This document shows, one piece after another, positions 8,451-19,627 of a DNA stretch of 64,000 nt. Position 1 is the stretch's first letter. Every line of letters starts with the position of its first letter. Source of the DNA: an uncultured Bacillota bacterium (GTDB lineage Bacteria; Bacillota; DTU025; MWDF01); contig CAWGMK010000007.1 of assembly GCA_963823655.1 (NCBI GenBank), positions 22,831 to 86,830 of the forward strand, given 5' to 3'. Below the pieces are notes generated by a model that had not been told where the DNA came from, ran no database searches, and saw only the letters and a list, made by a program, of their open reading frames with translations. The translations under genes and the position numbers were made by a program.

Positions 8451-9634
8451 TCATTCAATGCCCGCAAACCAGAAAGGTGCCGATGAATACAGCTTCATCA
8501 TGGTCTTCAAGGCAGACTCATCAATTGTGAAGCAGGGATTATGTATGTCTTTCGAATACTCCGCTGCCTTATTCGCAGCCCCTATTAGAACGAATGTGCC
8601 GGGCACTTTCTTGAGAAAATATGTGTAATCCTCGCCAACCATCAAAGGCTTCGCCCTCAGGACATTCTCCGCTCCGAGCACCCTTGCCGCCAGCTTGCCC
8701 ATCTCCTCCGTTATCTTGACGTCATTGACTAGCGGCGGGTAATGGCATATGTACTCTACCTCGGCGCTTGCCCCCATCGAGGAGGCGATGCCCGTCACCA
8801 TGTCAATAATCGATTTTCTAACCATATCCCGAACCTTCGTATCGAAAGTCCTGACCGTGCCGGTAATATTGGCAACATCGGCGATAACGTTGAACCTGTA
8901 TCCTGCATTGATCGTTCCTACTGCGACCACGCAAGGGACTCCCGGCTCGGCCTTCCTTGAAACAATCGTCTGCAGCGCATTCACAATGTTGGCAGCAATC
9001 GGGATAGTATCAATGGCGTTGTGGGGCGCTGCCGCATGTCCTCCCACGCCCGTAATCTTTATCCTGAACTCGTCAGGGGCCGCAAACAGAGCCCCTTCTC
9101 TAAGCGCCACCTGCCCCGGGAGGTAATCACCCAAGACATGCCCCCAATGATGATATCGACGCCTTCCATCGCGCCCTGCTCTATCATAGGTATGGCGCCG
9201 CCGGGTCCCTCTTCTGCCGGCTGAAAGATGAATTTCACGGTTCCCGGCAGCTCGGACCTGAACGAGGAAAGAAGCTTTGCCGTCGAAAGAAGGCCCGCAG
9301 TATGCGCATCATGCCCGCAGCCGTGCATCCACCCTTCATGCTCTGATTTGAAGGGAAGGCCCGTCCTTTCGGTTATTGGAAGGCCGTCCATGTCGGCGCG
9401 TATGGCTATCGTACGCCCCGGCAAGCCTCCTTTTAATACCCCAATGACACCGGTGCCGGCTACTTGCGTTCGGACTTCGTCTAGCCCCAAGCCTTTGAGC
9501 TTCTGGGCTACGTATGCCGACGTCTTGAACTCCTTTAGCCCTGCCTCAGGCCACTTGTGCAGCGCCCGCCGAGTTTCGACGGCATCCTGGAAGATCTCCT
9601 CGCTTTTTGCAGATATCCTCTCATATACAGACAT
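8451..9634 (-). CDS. M20D family amidohydrolase (N-acyl-amino acid amidohydrolase / hippurate hydrolase-like), apparent frameshift
   Basis: The N-terminal ORF 9059-9634 has the HGCGHDAH metal-binding motif. The C-terminal ORF 8451-9134 continues the M20D dimerisation/C-terminal domain. The two overlap by 76 nt in different frames. Confidence 0.75.
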
Positions 9635-9695
9635 TTGTCCGCCGCCTTTCTGATAATTATTAAGGAGCCCATATCAGAACTTCCTGCGATCCTTT

Positions 9696-9739
9696 GTTAA
9701 ATAATAAGATACCGTTTCCCCTAATGGTTAAACGGTATC
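9696..9739 (-). terminator. Rho-independent terminator downstream of hisIE (end of the his operon)
   Basis: Perfect 10 bp stem GATACCGTTT/AAACGGTATC with a 12 nt loop, followed on the minus strand by TTATTATTTAAC. Confidence 0.5.
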
Positions 9740-9781
9740 ATCATTTGCCGATTCTGTCCTGCATTTGCACGTTCCTCTTCG

Positions 9782-10465
9782 CTACTTGCGCCTTGTGGCC
9801 AACACATCCTCCACGTCTTTCAGCTTCAACCCTATGGAGCAAAGCGCCACCTGGCTGTGGTAAATCAGGTCTGCAAGCTCACCTGCGGCATCCTGCTTGG
9901 ACCTGGCGTCCCCTACAAGGCTCGCCTTCATCGCAGCTATGATGAACTCGCCTGACTCCTCTCCTACCTTGCGCAACACCCTTTCCGTCCCGGCGGCAAG
10001 GAGCTTGCAAGTGTATGACCCTTCAAGTGGATCTTTCGCCCTCTCCCGGATTACATCATCAAGCTCATTGAGCACGCCCTGCCCTGAGAAACGCCTAATT
10101 GCATCCTGCGGATCCGCCGGCGGCTCATTTATAAAACAGGTCTCGGCCCCGGTATGGCACGCCGGCCCTGCCGGAATGACCTGAAGCAGCAGCGTATCAC
10201 AGTCGCAATCAAGCTCCATCCTCATTACCTTCATGCGGTTTCCGCTGGTCTCGCCCTTATTCCATAATTTGCCGCGGCTCCTGCTCCAAAACCAGGCTTC
10301 TTCGTGCTCCGCCGTAAGACGCAGAGCCTCCTCGTTCATATAGGCTACCATCAGCACGTCCCCGCTGCTGAAATCCTGAACTACAGCAGGCATCAGCCCG
10401 TTCTCTCCGTATTTTGCCCTTTTACAAAGCTTCTGCCAATACTCTCTCAATCCGAAAACCTCCAA
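9782..10465 (-). CDS. hisIE: bifunctional phosphoribosyl-AMP cyclohydrolase / phosphoribosyl-ATP pyrophosphatase
   Basis: HisI motifs ([42 protein letters not shown]) followed by the HisE domain ([12 protein letters not shown]...). Confidence 0.9.
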   Translation of the reverse strand: MEVFGLREYWQKLCKRAKYGENGLMPAVVQDFSSGDVLMVAYMNEEALRLTAEHEEAWFWSRSRGKLWNKGETSGNRMKVMRMELDCDCDTLLLQVIPAGPACHTGAETCFINEPPADPQDAIRRFSGQGVLNELDDVIRERAKDPLEGSYTCKLLAAGTERVLRKVGEESGEFIIAAMKASLVGDARSKQDAAGELADLIYHSQVALCSIGLKLKDVEDVLATRRK

Positions 10466-10479
10466 TGCCTATGTATCGG

Positions 10480-11340
10480 TCAGGCACCCAGCCTTACCGG
10501 TATTCCCCTGCCCTTGAGATAGGCTTTCACTTCCCCGATGCTAAGCTCTCCGTTATGAAACAGCGAGGCTGCCAGTGCCGCGTCCGCCCCTCCCATTGAA
10601 AGGGCCGTCGCGAAATCCTCGAGGCACCCGGCCCCGCCTGATGCAATGACTGGCACGTCCACTGCCTCGGCCACCGCTCTTGTAAGCTCGATATCGTAGC
10701 CCTTCCTGACCCCATCCGAATCTATAGAGGTGAGCAGTATTTCGCCGGCTCCCAGCGCTACGACCTTCTTCGCCCATTCGATAACATCAAGGCCCGTTTC
10801 CTTCTTGCCCCCGAATATCAGCACTTCCCATTCGGGCCCATTCGCCCCTTCTTGGAAGCCCTTTTTTGCGAACTTGTACTCGTCCTCGCCGGCTACAGCT
10901 TTCGCGAGCTTCGCCGCAATATTTTCCCCTTCCAGGCGCTTCCGCCTGGCATCTATCGCAACCACCACGCACTGGCTTCCGTAGCTTGCAGCGGCGCTTT
11001 CGATAAGCCACGGGGTCTTTACCGCGGAAGTGTTGATCGACACTTTATCGGCCCCGGCCCCGAGCACCGCTTTAATGTCCTCGATACTGGTGATGCCGCC
11101 GCCCACCATAAAGGGGATGAACAGCTCCCTGGAGACTTCCCTTGCCAGCTTCGTCGCATTGCCCCTCTTCTGCGCGGAGGCGGAAATGTCTAAGAAGGCC
11201 AGCTCGTCAGCGCCCTCCAGATAGTACCTTCTGGCCAGCTCCACAGGATCGCCGCAATCTCTCAAGCCTTCGAAATTCACGCCCTTGACCACCCTACCGT
11301 CCGCCATATCCAGACAAGGGATTATCCTCTTGCTTAACAT
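10480..11340 (-). CDS. hisF: imidazole glycerol phosphate synthase cyclase subunit
   Basis: [36 protein letters not shown] and [13 protein letters not shown]. Carries a 30-40 aa insertion relative to the typical 252 aa HisF. Confidence 0.9.
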   Translation of the reverse strand: MLSKRIIPCLDMADGRVVKGVNFEGLRDCGDPVELARRYYLEGADELAFLDISASAQKRGNATKLAREVSRELFIPFMVGGGITSIEDIKAVLGAGADKVSINTSAVKTPWLIESAAASYGSQCVVVAIDARRKRLEGENIAAKLAKAVAGEDEYKFAKKGFQEGANGPEWEVLIFGGKKETGLDVIEWAKKVVALGAGEILLTSIDSDGVRKGYDIELTRAVAEAVDVPVIASGGAGCLEDFATALSMGGADAALAASLFHNGELSIGEVKAYLKGRGIPVRLGA

Positions 11341-12127
11341 GCCGCAGCCTCCCTCGCCTCACCCAATGTGAAAATGCCCTCGTAAAGCGCCTTGCCTACT
11401 ATGACGCCGACTATGGAGCCAAGGCCCTTGCCCCTGTCCTTTCCCGGCACCTTCACGGCGCTTTTAAGTTCTTTTGCTGCCTTCGCGACGAGCCTTAGAT
11501 GTTCCAAGGACCCAATTCCGCCTGACACGATGACGTCTATGCCGGCAGTTCAATAAATGGCATGGCAGCATCTACAGAGGCCCCTTTAAGCGCCCCGTCC
11601 CTTATTACATCGGTGACAATGGCAGTGGTGATGCCAATCGTTGAGAGCAGCTCAGCTAACTCCCCGGCACTAATCCCCGCGCTTTGGGTCCAGCCCCGGG
11701 CCATCGCGGTCCCTGATTTCAAATCCGCCGAAGCGATCACCTTGCCCGGGTATTCAATGACAGCGTTTCTTATGAATCCGCCATATTCCGCAAGCGAGGT
11801 CCCGAGCGCTATGAAGTCCGATCCCATATCGAAGGCCTTCTTGGCCAATTCCATATCCCTTATGCCGCCGCTCAGGTCCATAACGCCTGTGAAAGCACCT
11901 CTAACTGCAGCAATTGGCCCGAGGTTTATCAGCTCTCCAGCCTTCGCCCCATCGAGATCCACAACATGGAGCCGGGTGGCACCTTGATCGGCCCAGTATC
12001 TGGCCGCATCTGCAGGGTTCTCCCAGTAGACTTTCGCCGTGTCATATCCTCCCCTGGTAAGCCTTACGGCCTTGCCGCCTAATATATCGACTGCGGGGAT
12101 TATCTCAAGCATCCGCACCCCTCCCAA
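11334..12127 (-). CDS. hisA: ProFAR isomerase (HisA), apparent frameshift or stop near 11530-11540
   Basis: The 196 aa ORF ([15 protein letters not shown]...DLDGA) and the 64 aa ORF ([10 protein letters not shown]...[11 protein letters not shown]) together make the HisA N- and C-terminal halves. Confidence 0.8.
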
Positions 12128-12842
12128 GGCCTATGAAACCTGATAGAAGCCTCAATCCGGCCTCGCCGCTCTTCTCCGGATGGAACTGGACTCCGATGAC
12201 ATTGCCCTTTCTTATCGCTGCGGCTATGGTGGGCCCGTCCCCCGGAAACTGGCCATCGAGGGGAGTTCTAGCGGCAACTATCGCCTCATCATCCGGGTAA
12301 GCCGCAAAGGAATGGGTGAAGTAGAACTTCTCGTTATCCTCATCCATCAGCAGACTGAGGGCGTCCCCCACCCTGAAGACGTCGTTCCAGCCTGTATGAG
12401 GCACTTTGAAAAATGACTTCCCGCAACCATCGTGTGGTTTCTGTCCATTCGCAATCTCCCAGGCATCGGATTTGCTAATCCCAGCCTCAAGCTTGCGGTT
12501 CACGCCCCTGAACAGCGAAAGGCCCATCTGCCCCCTGCTCTCCTCGCTTATATCTAGCATAAGCTGCATCCCAAGGCAGATGCCAAGAAGCGGCCTTCCG
12601 GAATCTGCGAAATCGGGCACGGCAAGGTCCATACCCGAGCTCCTCATGCTCTCGCAGGCAGCGCCGAAGGCTCCCACTCCCGGCAGCACAAGCGCATCCA
12701 GCTTGCCAAGCTCAGAAGGTTCATACACTATGACGGGCTTGGCATTGCATACCTCAAGCGCCCTTGCGACGCTAGTCAGGTTGCCGATGCCGTAATCCAG
12801 TATGCCCACCAGTGGTTTCGAATTGGCACTCATCCTATGCAC
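12105..12842 (-). CDS. hisH: imidazole glycerol phosphate synthase glutamine amidotransferase subunit
   Basis: VGILDYGIGNLTSVARALE, LVLPGVGAFG, Cys in GICLGMQ, and HPEKS. Confidence 0.9.
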   Translation of the reverse strand: MHRMSANSKPLVGILDYGIGNLTSVARALEVCNAKPVIVYEPSELGKLDALVLPGVGAFGAACESMRSSGMDLAVPDFADSGRPLLGICLGMQLMLDISEESRGQMGLSLFRGVNRKLEAGISKSDAWEIANGQKPHDGCGKSFFKVPHTGWNDVFRVGDALSLLMDEDNEKFYFTHSFAAYPDDEAIVAARTPLDGQFPGDGPTIAAAIRKGNVIGVQFHPEKSGEAGLRLLSGFIGLGRGADA

Positions 12843-13444
12843 CCCTTGCTGCTTGAGGCCCCCGTCCTTTGCGAGTCCGGTTCAAGCGCCGCCCTTAGAG
12901 CCAGCGCCAGCCCCTTGAAGGCGGCCTCTGTCGAATGATGGCGGTTATCGGACTTCAAAACATCAATATGCAGGGTAATGCCTGCCTCCTTGGCAAAGGC
13001 TTTCAGGAATTCTATAAGATCCTCATCCATGTCAGGCGCGTCAATGAAAGCGCCGCCTCTTCCGCTCACATCAAGGCTCACTTGCGCAAGAGATCCGTCC
13101 ATAGGCGCCAGGGCCCAGCCGAAGCGCCTTATGGCAGCTCCTCTGGAATCTAGTTTGTCCGCATCTTGTCCGCTTACTGCAAGCCCCAGCGCCCTGCCAA
13201 GGCTAATGCCCACATCCTCGCAAAGGTGATGATATCCGGTCTTCAGGTCGGCCTGAGACTCGATTGTTATATCCATTAGGGAGTGGAATGACAATTGAGC
13301 CAGCATATGGTCGAAAAAGCCGAAGCCCGTATCTGCAGTAAGAATGCCCTGTCCCTCTATCTTCACGACCGCCTTGATGGCAGTTTCCCCGGTCTTCCTC
13401 TCATAACAACCCGTGCGAGCCATTGAAATCCCCTCCTGAAACAA
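12830..13444 (-). CDS. hisB: imidazoleglycerol-phosphate dehydratase
   Basis: ERKTGETAIKAVVKIEG, FFDHMLAQLSFHS and GYHHLCEDVGISLG, the IGPD signature. Confidence 0.9.
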   Translation of the reverse strand: MFQEGISMARTGCYERKTGETAIKAVVKIEGQGILTADTGFGFFDHMLAQLSFHSLMDITIESQADLKTGYHHLCEDVGISLGRALGLAVSGQDADKLDSRGAAIRRFGWALAPMDGSLAQVSLDVSGRGGAFIDAPDMDEDLIEFLKAFAKEAGITLHIDVLKSDNRHHSTEAAFKGLALALRAALEPDSQRTGASSSKGCIG

Positions 13445-13564
13445 TAAACTTATCCTTCATCTCGGTTGCCGACAGTAACCGCTCAGTCCCAGCCGGTCTT
13501 CTTTTCGGCTTCGGCCACCTTTTCGCATTCACGCATAAAGCCCACAGTATCTGCCTTTTCAAAT

Positions 13565-14585
13565 TTATCTGGTTTTTAAAGCCGCTCTCACTGCATCAAT
13601 GAGCCGCCTGTTCTCCGACGCAGTACCCACCGTTACCCTTATCAAGTCGGGCCGGTCCGCGAACGCCCGGGTAAGTATCCCCATTGAAGCCAGCTTCGCG
13701 TTGAGCCTGCACCCCTCATCCCCACCTAACTCTATGAGAAGGAAGTTGCAGGAATCGCCCCTTACCTTAAGCCCCATCTTCATAAGTCCTTTGGCCAGGT
13801 AATCCCTGCCATAGGAGTTGTCGCCGACGTATTCTCCAAGGGCTTCTTCTTCATCAAGGGCCGATATGGCGATCTCCTCGCAAATGGACGGCACATTGTA
13901 GGGAAGCTTGGCCTTTCTTTAGCAGTTCAGCCATCTCTTCGCCCGAGATGCTGTAGCCCACCCTGATGCCCGCAAGCCTCCTGGCCTTCGAGAAGGTGCG
14001 AAGGATTACTGTCCTGCCGGACGCCATATCGGACATGTCCGAGCCGCAGAACTCCGCATATGCCTGGTCTATTGCTACATACGCCTTTGATGTCGGGATC
14101 TTCGACCTTACGAACTTCTCCATGCTGTCGCCCGTCGGGTTATTGGGGACGCATAGCATGACAAGGGCCCTCTCATCAGCCAGAGCCTCATCCAGCGCGC
14201 TCTCGTCCGGAAGGCCGTCGAACCCAAGGCCGATTGCCTCAAACGGCAGGCCGCAGATCGAAGATATGCCTCTGTACATGGAAAATGATGGCCATGGTGA
14301 TACTACCCGATCCACTTTCCCCCTTAGGGCGAGCATTAGGACCATGATCATCTCGTCGGAGCCCACTCCCACCACGAAGCGCGAAGCCTCAATGCCGAAC
14401 CTCTCGGAAAGCCTTGCCCGCAGCCTGTCCGAATCCATGCTCGGATACCTGTTGAATGGTATATCCATAAGAGAGCCCAGTATGCGAGCTTTCGCTCCAG
14501 CAGGGACATCCAGGCTGCACTCATTGGCGTCCAGCTTGACGGGCTTAAATCCTGCCACTCTTTCTGATTCCGCATCAAGCGGGGA
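13565..14585 (-). CDS. hisC: histidinol-phosphate aminotransferase. The N-terminal part is read in-frame with hisD (no intervening stop) and the C-terminal part is in another frame (frameshift near 13860-13895).
   Basis: KLDANECSLDVP...RYPSMD...NNPTG...RTFSKARRLAGIRVGY (PLP Lys region) in the long ORF, then ...LLIELGGD...RVTVGTASENRRL in the 109 aa ORF. Confidence 0.7.
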
Positions 14586-15806
14586 GCCGGCGGCAAGCCT
14601 TACGCTTACGGAAGATGCATGCCCGAAGAGCCCCTCCTCCTTGGCCAGAACTACGGCTGCCGGGCCTTCCGCCAGGAAGCCGTCCTTGGAGTACTCCACC
14701 ACGTTAACCGCCTTCTGGAAGTCCGAAGTTGAGAGCGTTCCCCTGAACCTCGCCGTGCCCATCGTAGGAAGCACATGGCTGGGCCCTGCGACGTAGTCTC
14801 CCATCGCCTCGGCGGAGTAGTTACCTACGAATATCGTCCCAGCATTAGATGCCATCTGTGCGAGGGCTGCCGCACCTTCACAACACAGCTCCAGGTGCTC
14901 AGGCGCAAATTTGTCCGCAATTCCTATTGCCTCTTCAAGCGATCCGGCCATTATGCATGCGGAATAAGACTCCAGGGCCGCTCTTGCAATCGCCTGCCTT
15001 GGGGCAATTAAGAGCTGCCTTTCCAATTCATCCAATACTTTTCCAAGCACTCCGGCCGAAGTGGTTACAAGCGTGCAGCAGGCCAGCTCGTCGTGTTCCG
15101 CCTGTGCGATGAGGTCGGCGGCTATAAATGAGGGGTTGGCCGTCTCGTCCGCCACTACCATGAGCTCGCTGGGCCCTGCCAGCATATCGACCCTTACATC
15201 GCCCATTACAGCCCTTTTGGCCGCGGTTACATAGGCGTTGCCGGGGCCTGCGATTACATCAACCGCAGGTACGCTCTTGGTGGAGTATGCGAGCGCGGCT
15301 ATGGCCTGGGCCCCTCCTATGCGGAAGATCCTGTCCACGCCGGCAATTTCAGCGGCTGCAAGCGTTGCCTTGTTTATCGAGCCGTCCTTGCCGGGAGGCG
15401 TGCACATATAGACATTGGGTACTCCGGCTGCCTTCGCAGCCAGGCCGCACATCAGCACAGTCGAAGGGTATGCCGCGCTTCCGCCCGGTACGTAAATGCC
15501 TGCGGACTTCAAGGGCACCATCCTCTGGCCCAGCCTTGTGCCATATCCGTCCATGTAGGACCAGGATGCCTGCCTTTGTGATATGTGGAAGCGCGATATG
15601 TTGGCCGCAGCAAGCTCCAGAGACTTCCTTACACCTGCGTCCAGGCTTAGAAGCGCCTCTTTTGCTAACTTCATATCGAGTTCTATATCCTGCTCCCCCA
15701 TATCGGGCCAGTCGAACTTTCGAGTGAGTTCAACAAGCGCCAAGTCGCCATCTGCCCTTACTTTCGAGATGATCTCCAATGCTGTGCCCATGAAACTTGG
15801 CGCCAT
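14586..15806 (-). CDS. hisD: histidinol dehydrogenase (no stop codon before the hisC-like sequence in this assembly)
   Basis: VPGGSAAYPSTVLM, QAEHDE, GPSHVLPT and ...HASSVSVRL, the HisD C-terminal signature, at about residue 400 of the 650 aa ORF. Confidence 0.85.
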
Positions 15807-15863
15807 CGGCAGCAGGCCTTATCTTCGATATTTCTGAGGAAGGGATGATTCTCAGCATCTTTT

Positions 15864-16538
15864 TCATTTGGCATCCGCCCCCTTGATGCCGGCGGATCTC
15901 ATAAGTGCGCAGAATTCGGCAATTTCCTCCGACCTGAGTCCGTAGCTGGACCTGCTTGCGATGAGCCTTGCGCTGGACCTGGAGATTTCGGCTACTATGC
16001 CAAGGCCGTTCTCCTTCAATGTGAGGCCGCTGGAGACTATGTCCACGATTGCGTCTGCCAGACCGACTGATGACGCAAGCTCGACCGCGCCCTTCAGCGT
16101 TATGATCTCGGGCCTTAATATCCTGCCCTTTGCGAACTCCTTGGTGATGGCGGGGAATTTGGTGGCAATCCTTAGCTTTGCTATCCTGCCGCCCCCTTCC
16201 AGCGCCTTTTTGTAGCCCTCGATGGCCTCAAGCGGGGCCGCCAGCACGAACCGGCATTCTCCGAAGCCGAGGTCCATCAGCTCATATACTTCCTCTCCCG
16301 ACTCCGAGAGCCCGTCCTTGCCTACTATGCCAAGGTCCGCAACACCCCTGGCAACATAGACTGGGACGTCGGAAGGCCTTGAGATCAGGTATCTGGCCCT
16401 GTTTCCTGTAAAAATGAGCTTCCTGCTAGCCTTGTCGTACGGGCAATCGTATCCTACGCTGTTTAGAGCGACTGCCGCCTCTTCGAGCATGCGCCCCGCC
16501 GGAAGCGCTATAGTCATCTTGCCGTTAGCCTCTGTCAT
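15864..16538 (-). CDS. hisG: ATP phosphoribosyltransferase, short (HisZ-dependent) form
   Basis: 224 aa. MTIALPAGRMLEE...DVPVYVARGVADLGIVGKD...RFVLAAP. Confidence 0.9.
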   Translation of the reverse strand: MTEANGKMTIALPAGRMLEEAAVALNSVGYDCPYDKASRKLIFTGNRARYLISRPSDVPVYVARGVADLGIVGKDGLSESGEEVYELMDLGFGECRFVLAAPLEAIEGYKKALEGGGRIAKLRIATKFPAITKEFAKGRILRPEIITLKGAVELASSVGLADAIVDIVSSGLTLKENGLGIVAEISRSSARLIASRSSYGLRSEEIAEFCALMRSAGIKGADAK

Positions 16539-17533
16539 TCTTCCTGAACCCCCTCAGGCCTGATTTCCATTAACATACCCATGTCCAACGCGAAGCCTAT
16601 TCCGCCCTCATCCGAGCCCAGGGACCTCATAAGCCCGTCGTACTGGCCGCCGCCTAGCATCGGCCTTCCGTAGCCATTTACGTAGGCTTCGAAGACTGGG
16701 CCGTTGTAGTAATCCAAGGGCCTCAGAAGGCCGAGCTCGAAGGCGATGCCAACCCCTTTTGATACCATCCTCGCGCCATCGAGAAGAAGTGATGCCCTGA
16801 GTGCCTCTTCGGCAAGCTTCGTTGCCGGATACTCGCGTACGATGCCCTCCAAGCCCTTGATCGCGGCCTCATCGCAATTCGAGGGAATCAGCTTACGCAG
16901 CATGGATGAAGCCTTGTTCCCTTTGCCGTATTTGGTAAGGGCGGACATTGCTGAACTTATGTCATGGACCATCAGGGCCTGCCTTAGCTCGTCCATCTGC
17001 AGGCCGTCCAGTCCGCTTTCAAGAAGCAGTTGGTCTAAAAGGGATATGTCGCCTATTCTAAGTTGCACTGCTTCCTTGGCGAAGCGGCAGATGCCAATCG
17101 CGGCGCCCAAAGCCTCAAGCCCCGCCTTGAGCCCGTCGTGTCCGTAGATCTCGGCGCCGAGCTGAAGATCCTGCCTCGATATGGCAAGTCCGTCCCTATT
17201 GCCGGGCCTTCTGAATACTGGCCCTGTGTAGAAGAGCCTTAATGGCCTCGGTTTTGAAGCAAGCTCCCTTATGGCAAGCTTCGCGCACGGCCTGGTCATA
17301 TCGGAGCTGAGCCTGCCGATGAAGCCTCCGGGCAATGCGAACTTGATAGGCCCGCCAGGCATGCCCGCCTCATCGTTATTGTCAGCAAGCTCGATTATCG
17401 GAAGCCTTACTTCGTCGAAACCCAGGCTCTCCAGCATTGAAGCAAGCGCCGCCTCGGTCCTTCTTAAAGCGCCTGCCTCCGGGGGGAGAAGCAAGGACAA
17501 ACCATCCATTACATCCTGCAAGTACAACACCAC
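16535..17533 (-). CDS. hisZ: ATP phosphoribosyltransferase regulatory subunit (HisS paralogue)
   Basis: Class-II aaRS-like catalytic core (LRLFYTGPVFR, YYNGPVFE) without an anticodon-binding domain. Sits immediately upstream of the short hisG. Apparent GTG start. Confidence 0.8.
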   Translation of the reverse strand: MVLYLQDVMDGLSLLLPPEAGALRRTEAALASMLESLGFDEVRLPIIELADNNDEAGMPGGPIKFALPGGFIGRLSSDMTRPCAKLAIRELASKPRPLRLFYTGPVFRRPGNRDGLAISRQDLQLGAEIYGHDGLKAGLEALGAAIGICRFAKEAVQLRIGDISLLDQLLLESGLDGLQMDELRQALMVHDISSAMSALTKYGKGNKASSMLRKLIPSNCDEAAIKGLEGIVREYPATKLAEEALRASLLLDGARMVSKGVGIAFELGLLRPLDYYNGPVFEAYVNGYGRPMLGGGQYDGLMRSLGSDEGGIGFALDMGMLMEIRPEGVQEE

Positions 17534-17577
17534 TCTTTATCGCTTTAGTTAGGTAAAGTATTAAAGTGCACGAATAA

Positions 17578-17607
17578 GAAGATACTATCAACTCAGAAAA
17601 GAGTCAA
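17578..17607 (-). promoter_or_regulatory. candidate sigma-70-like promoter of the his operon (TTGACT-N17-TATCTT on the minus strand)
   Basis: Hexamers read directly from the sequence about 45-75 nt upstream of the hisZ start. Weak -10. Confidence 0.25.
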
Positions 17608-17640
17608 GGAAATGCCTGTATTTATATCGGTGCAGAAAAG

Positions 17641-17675
17641 AAAAGGCCGCCATGCAGGCGGCTTTCAATTTTGTT
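17641..17675. terminator. bidirectional Rho-independent terminator-like hairpin upstream of the his promoter
   Basis: AAAAGGCCGCCATGCAGGCGGCTTTCAATTTTGTT: GC stem flanked by an A-run 5' and a T-run 3', so it can work in both orientations. Confidence 0.45.
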
Positions 17676-18562
17676 GGGTTTATGAGAGGCTTGAGCCTTT
17701 AACCTCCAGGTTGCCAGATGCCCTTCCGGCTTGACCATCCTCGAAAATATCTGGCTCTTGGATAGAAGCCCCGGTTATTTGTGGTAGCAAAAAGTGACTA
17801 TGTTCCTCGGCAGTACATCATTACATTTATTGTATTTTAAAAATCGTTGATTTTCTACAATAAAACCATTAATATTGGTTTAGGTGGTGAAAATATGATA
17901 AAAACTAACGCTATGCTAAGGCACGAATTAAAATCGTATGTGAACCCGATGGAAAACATACGACGACTGGCCAAAGAAGGAGAAATGGTTTTCTGTTGTC
18001 AGAGGGTTATATGAAACGGACAGGAGTATTCCTGGTTACTATCTTGCCCCAATCATTTCGGATCCTTCATATCTATCCTTTGAGTTTGCATTAGCATACT
18101 ACTCCTATTTGAAGCTGCATATAACTTTACATTGGCTACTTTTGAAAGAAAAAGGCAAAGCAATAATACACCATACGGCAGCTTCACTATCGTGATGTAC
18201 CGAGTGAAGCATGCTGATAACTTCGTACAGGACCGGGTACGGTTTTAAAATTGCGTCTGCCGAGAAGGCAATATGCGATGCGCTCTCCAAAATGCCCCAC
18301 TAATGAATAGAAGTGAATTGGAGCGCATGTATTTGAGGATCTGAGAATTGATGAAAGCGATTTCTTCCATCTAAACATGACAGATCTTCTTAATACATCC
18401 GCCTTTTTAAGTCGCAGGAACACAAGTTGCTACAGGTATCTATCAAAAGGAGAATGAAGACGAAGTAAATCATCCGCTTTATGCATAGAGCTACTGGTCA
18501 GTTGCGCGAACAGGCAAATGCGGCAGGCTTATCCAAATGATTAAGCCGGGAAGTGAAATGTT

Positions 18563-18898
18563 ATGATGCTCGTCGAACTGCTTATTCTGTCACCTATAGG
18601 CGCAGCACTCATCTTGTGTGGCTTGCTAATCTGGAAGAAGAACAGGATAGATTTGATACATTCATATCACTATAAAAGAGTCACAGAGGAGAACAAAAAG
18701 GCGTATTCAACGGCAATGGGCAAAGGCGTCCTGCTCATGGGTATCGGAGTGTTACTGACCGGTATTGATCAATTACGTAACGGGAGCTGCTTCCGGCTGG
18801 ATTTGTTTCGTGTTTTTCTTCATCTTAGGGCTCACGTTGGTGCTAAGAGCCCAGAGCAAATTCAATGGCGGGCTTTTCTAACATTCCCGATACGTTGA
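18563..18898 (+). CDS. small membrane protein (2 TM), function unknown
   Basis: 111 aa with two hydrophobic helices (LVELLILSPIGAALILCGLLIW, GVLLMGIGVLLTGI). Confidence 0.35.
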   Translation: MMLVELLILSPIGAALILCGLLIWKKNRIDLIHSYHYKRVTEENKKAYSTAMGKGVLLMGIGVLLTGIDQLRNGSCFRLDLFRVFLHLRAHVGAKSPEQIQWRAFLTFPIR

Positions 18899-18944
18899 CT
18901 GAATTGACTGCATCTTCCTTTTAGAAATATCGAGTATATGTATG

Positions 18945-19274
18945 TTAGATCTCCCCTTTTTCCTTCAGCCTTGCTATGGCCAGCTTATATCCCCCCGCAC
19001 CAAATGCGAGGAACCTTTTGACCCTGCTTACGGTGGCGGAACTTGCCCCCGTATCCTTACCTACTTCAGCGTACGTCCTGCCCTTTTCCAGGCTCAGAGC
19101 GATCTCGAACCGGTCGCTAAGTTCGCTTACCTCCGAGATGGTGCAGAGGTCCTCGAAAAAGGCGTAACATTCATCGACGTTTTCAAGCGTCATTATTGCC
19201 TTGAAGAGCCTATCTGTCTTCGCGCGGTCCACATTGTCCTTAAGCGCCATGTAACAGGCCTCCTTTTGGCACAC
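18945..19274 (-). CDS. YerC/YecD family TrpR-like DNA-binding protein
   Basis: ELSDRFEIALSLEKGRTYAEVGKDTGASSATVSRVKRFLAFGAGGYKL matches the conserved YerC/YecD (Trp-repressor-like) core. Confidence 0.7.
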   Translation of the reverse strand: MCQKEACYMALKDNVDRAKTDRLFKAIMTLENVDECYAFFEDLCTISEVSELSDRFEIALSLEKGRTYAEVGKDTGASSATVSRVKRFLAFGAGGYKLAIARLKEKGEI

Positions 19275-19627
19275 ATATGCTTCATCTTGTTAAAGTATAT
19301 TTAAATCTCCGGGCATTACAAATCCATTAGATATTGCTGTCTGTTGTGGATCCGGAACTATTTGCCAAACTTGCTGAGATACGGCTTAATAGACTCATTT
19401 CGTAAATATCATTTTCCTGCATGAATAGCCTTCAGCTTTTCGAACGCCCTCCTGTAACCGTCAATTTGATCGGACCATTCAGCAAGCTTCAGGCAGGGGA
19501 ACTGGTCGCATTCGCTGCAGTTGCCTAAGCCTTCGTCATCCATACATCTGAATAGCGATCTGAATAGGTTTTCTTGCAATCCTACTTCTGAAATCTCGGG
19601 ACTTTTGGCTTCACATCATGTTTTAAA

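Noticed and set aside
13966-14796. Long plus-strand ORFs antisense to the his and pur genes (for example 13966-14796, 24068-24739, 27039-27641, 30012-30746, 47498-48049, 48314-48985)
   Set aside because: They lie entirely within well-supported minus-strand genes in GC-rich DNA and have Ser/Ala/Pro/Arg-rich low-complexity translations typical of antisense artefacts.
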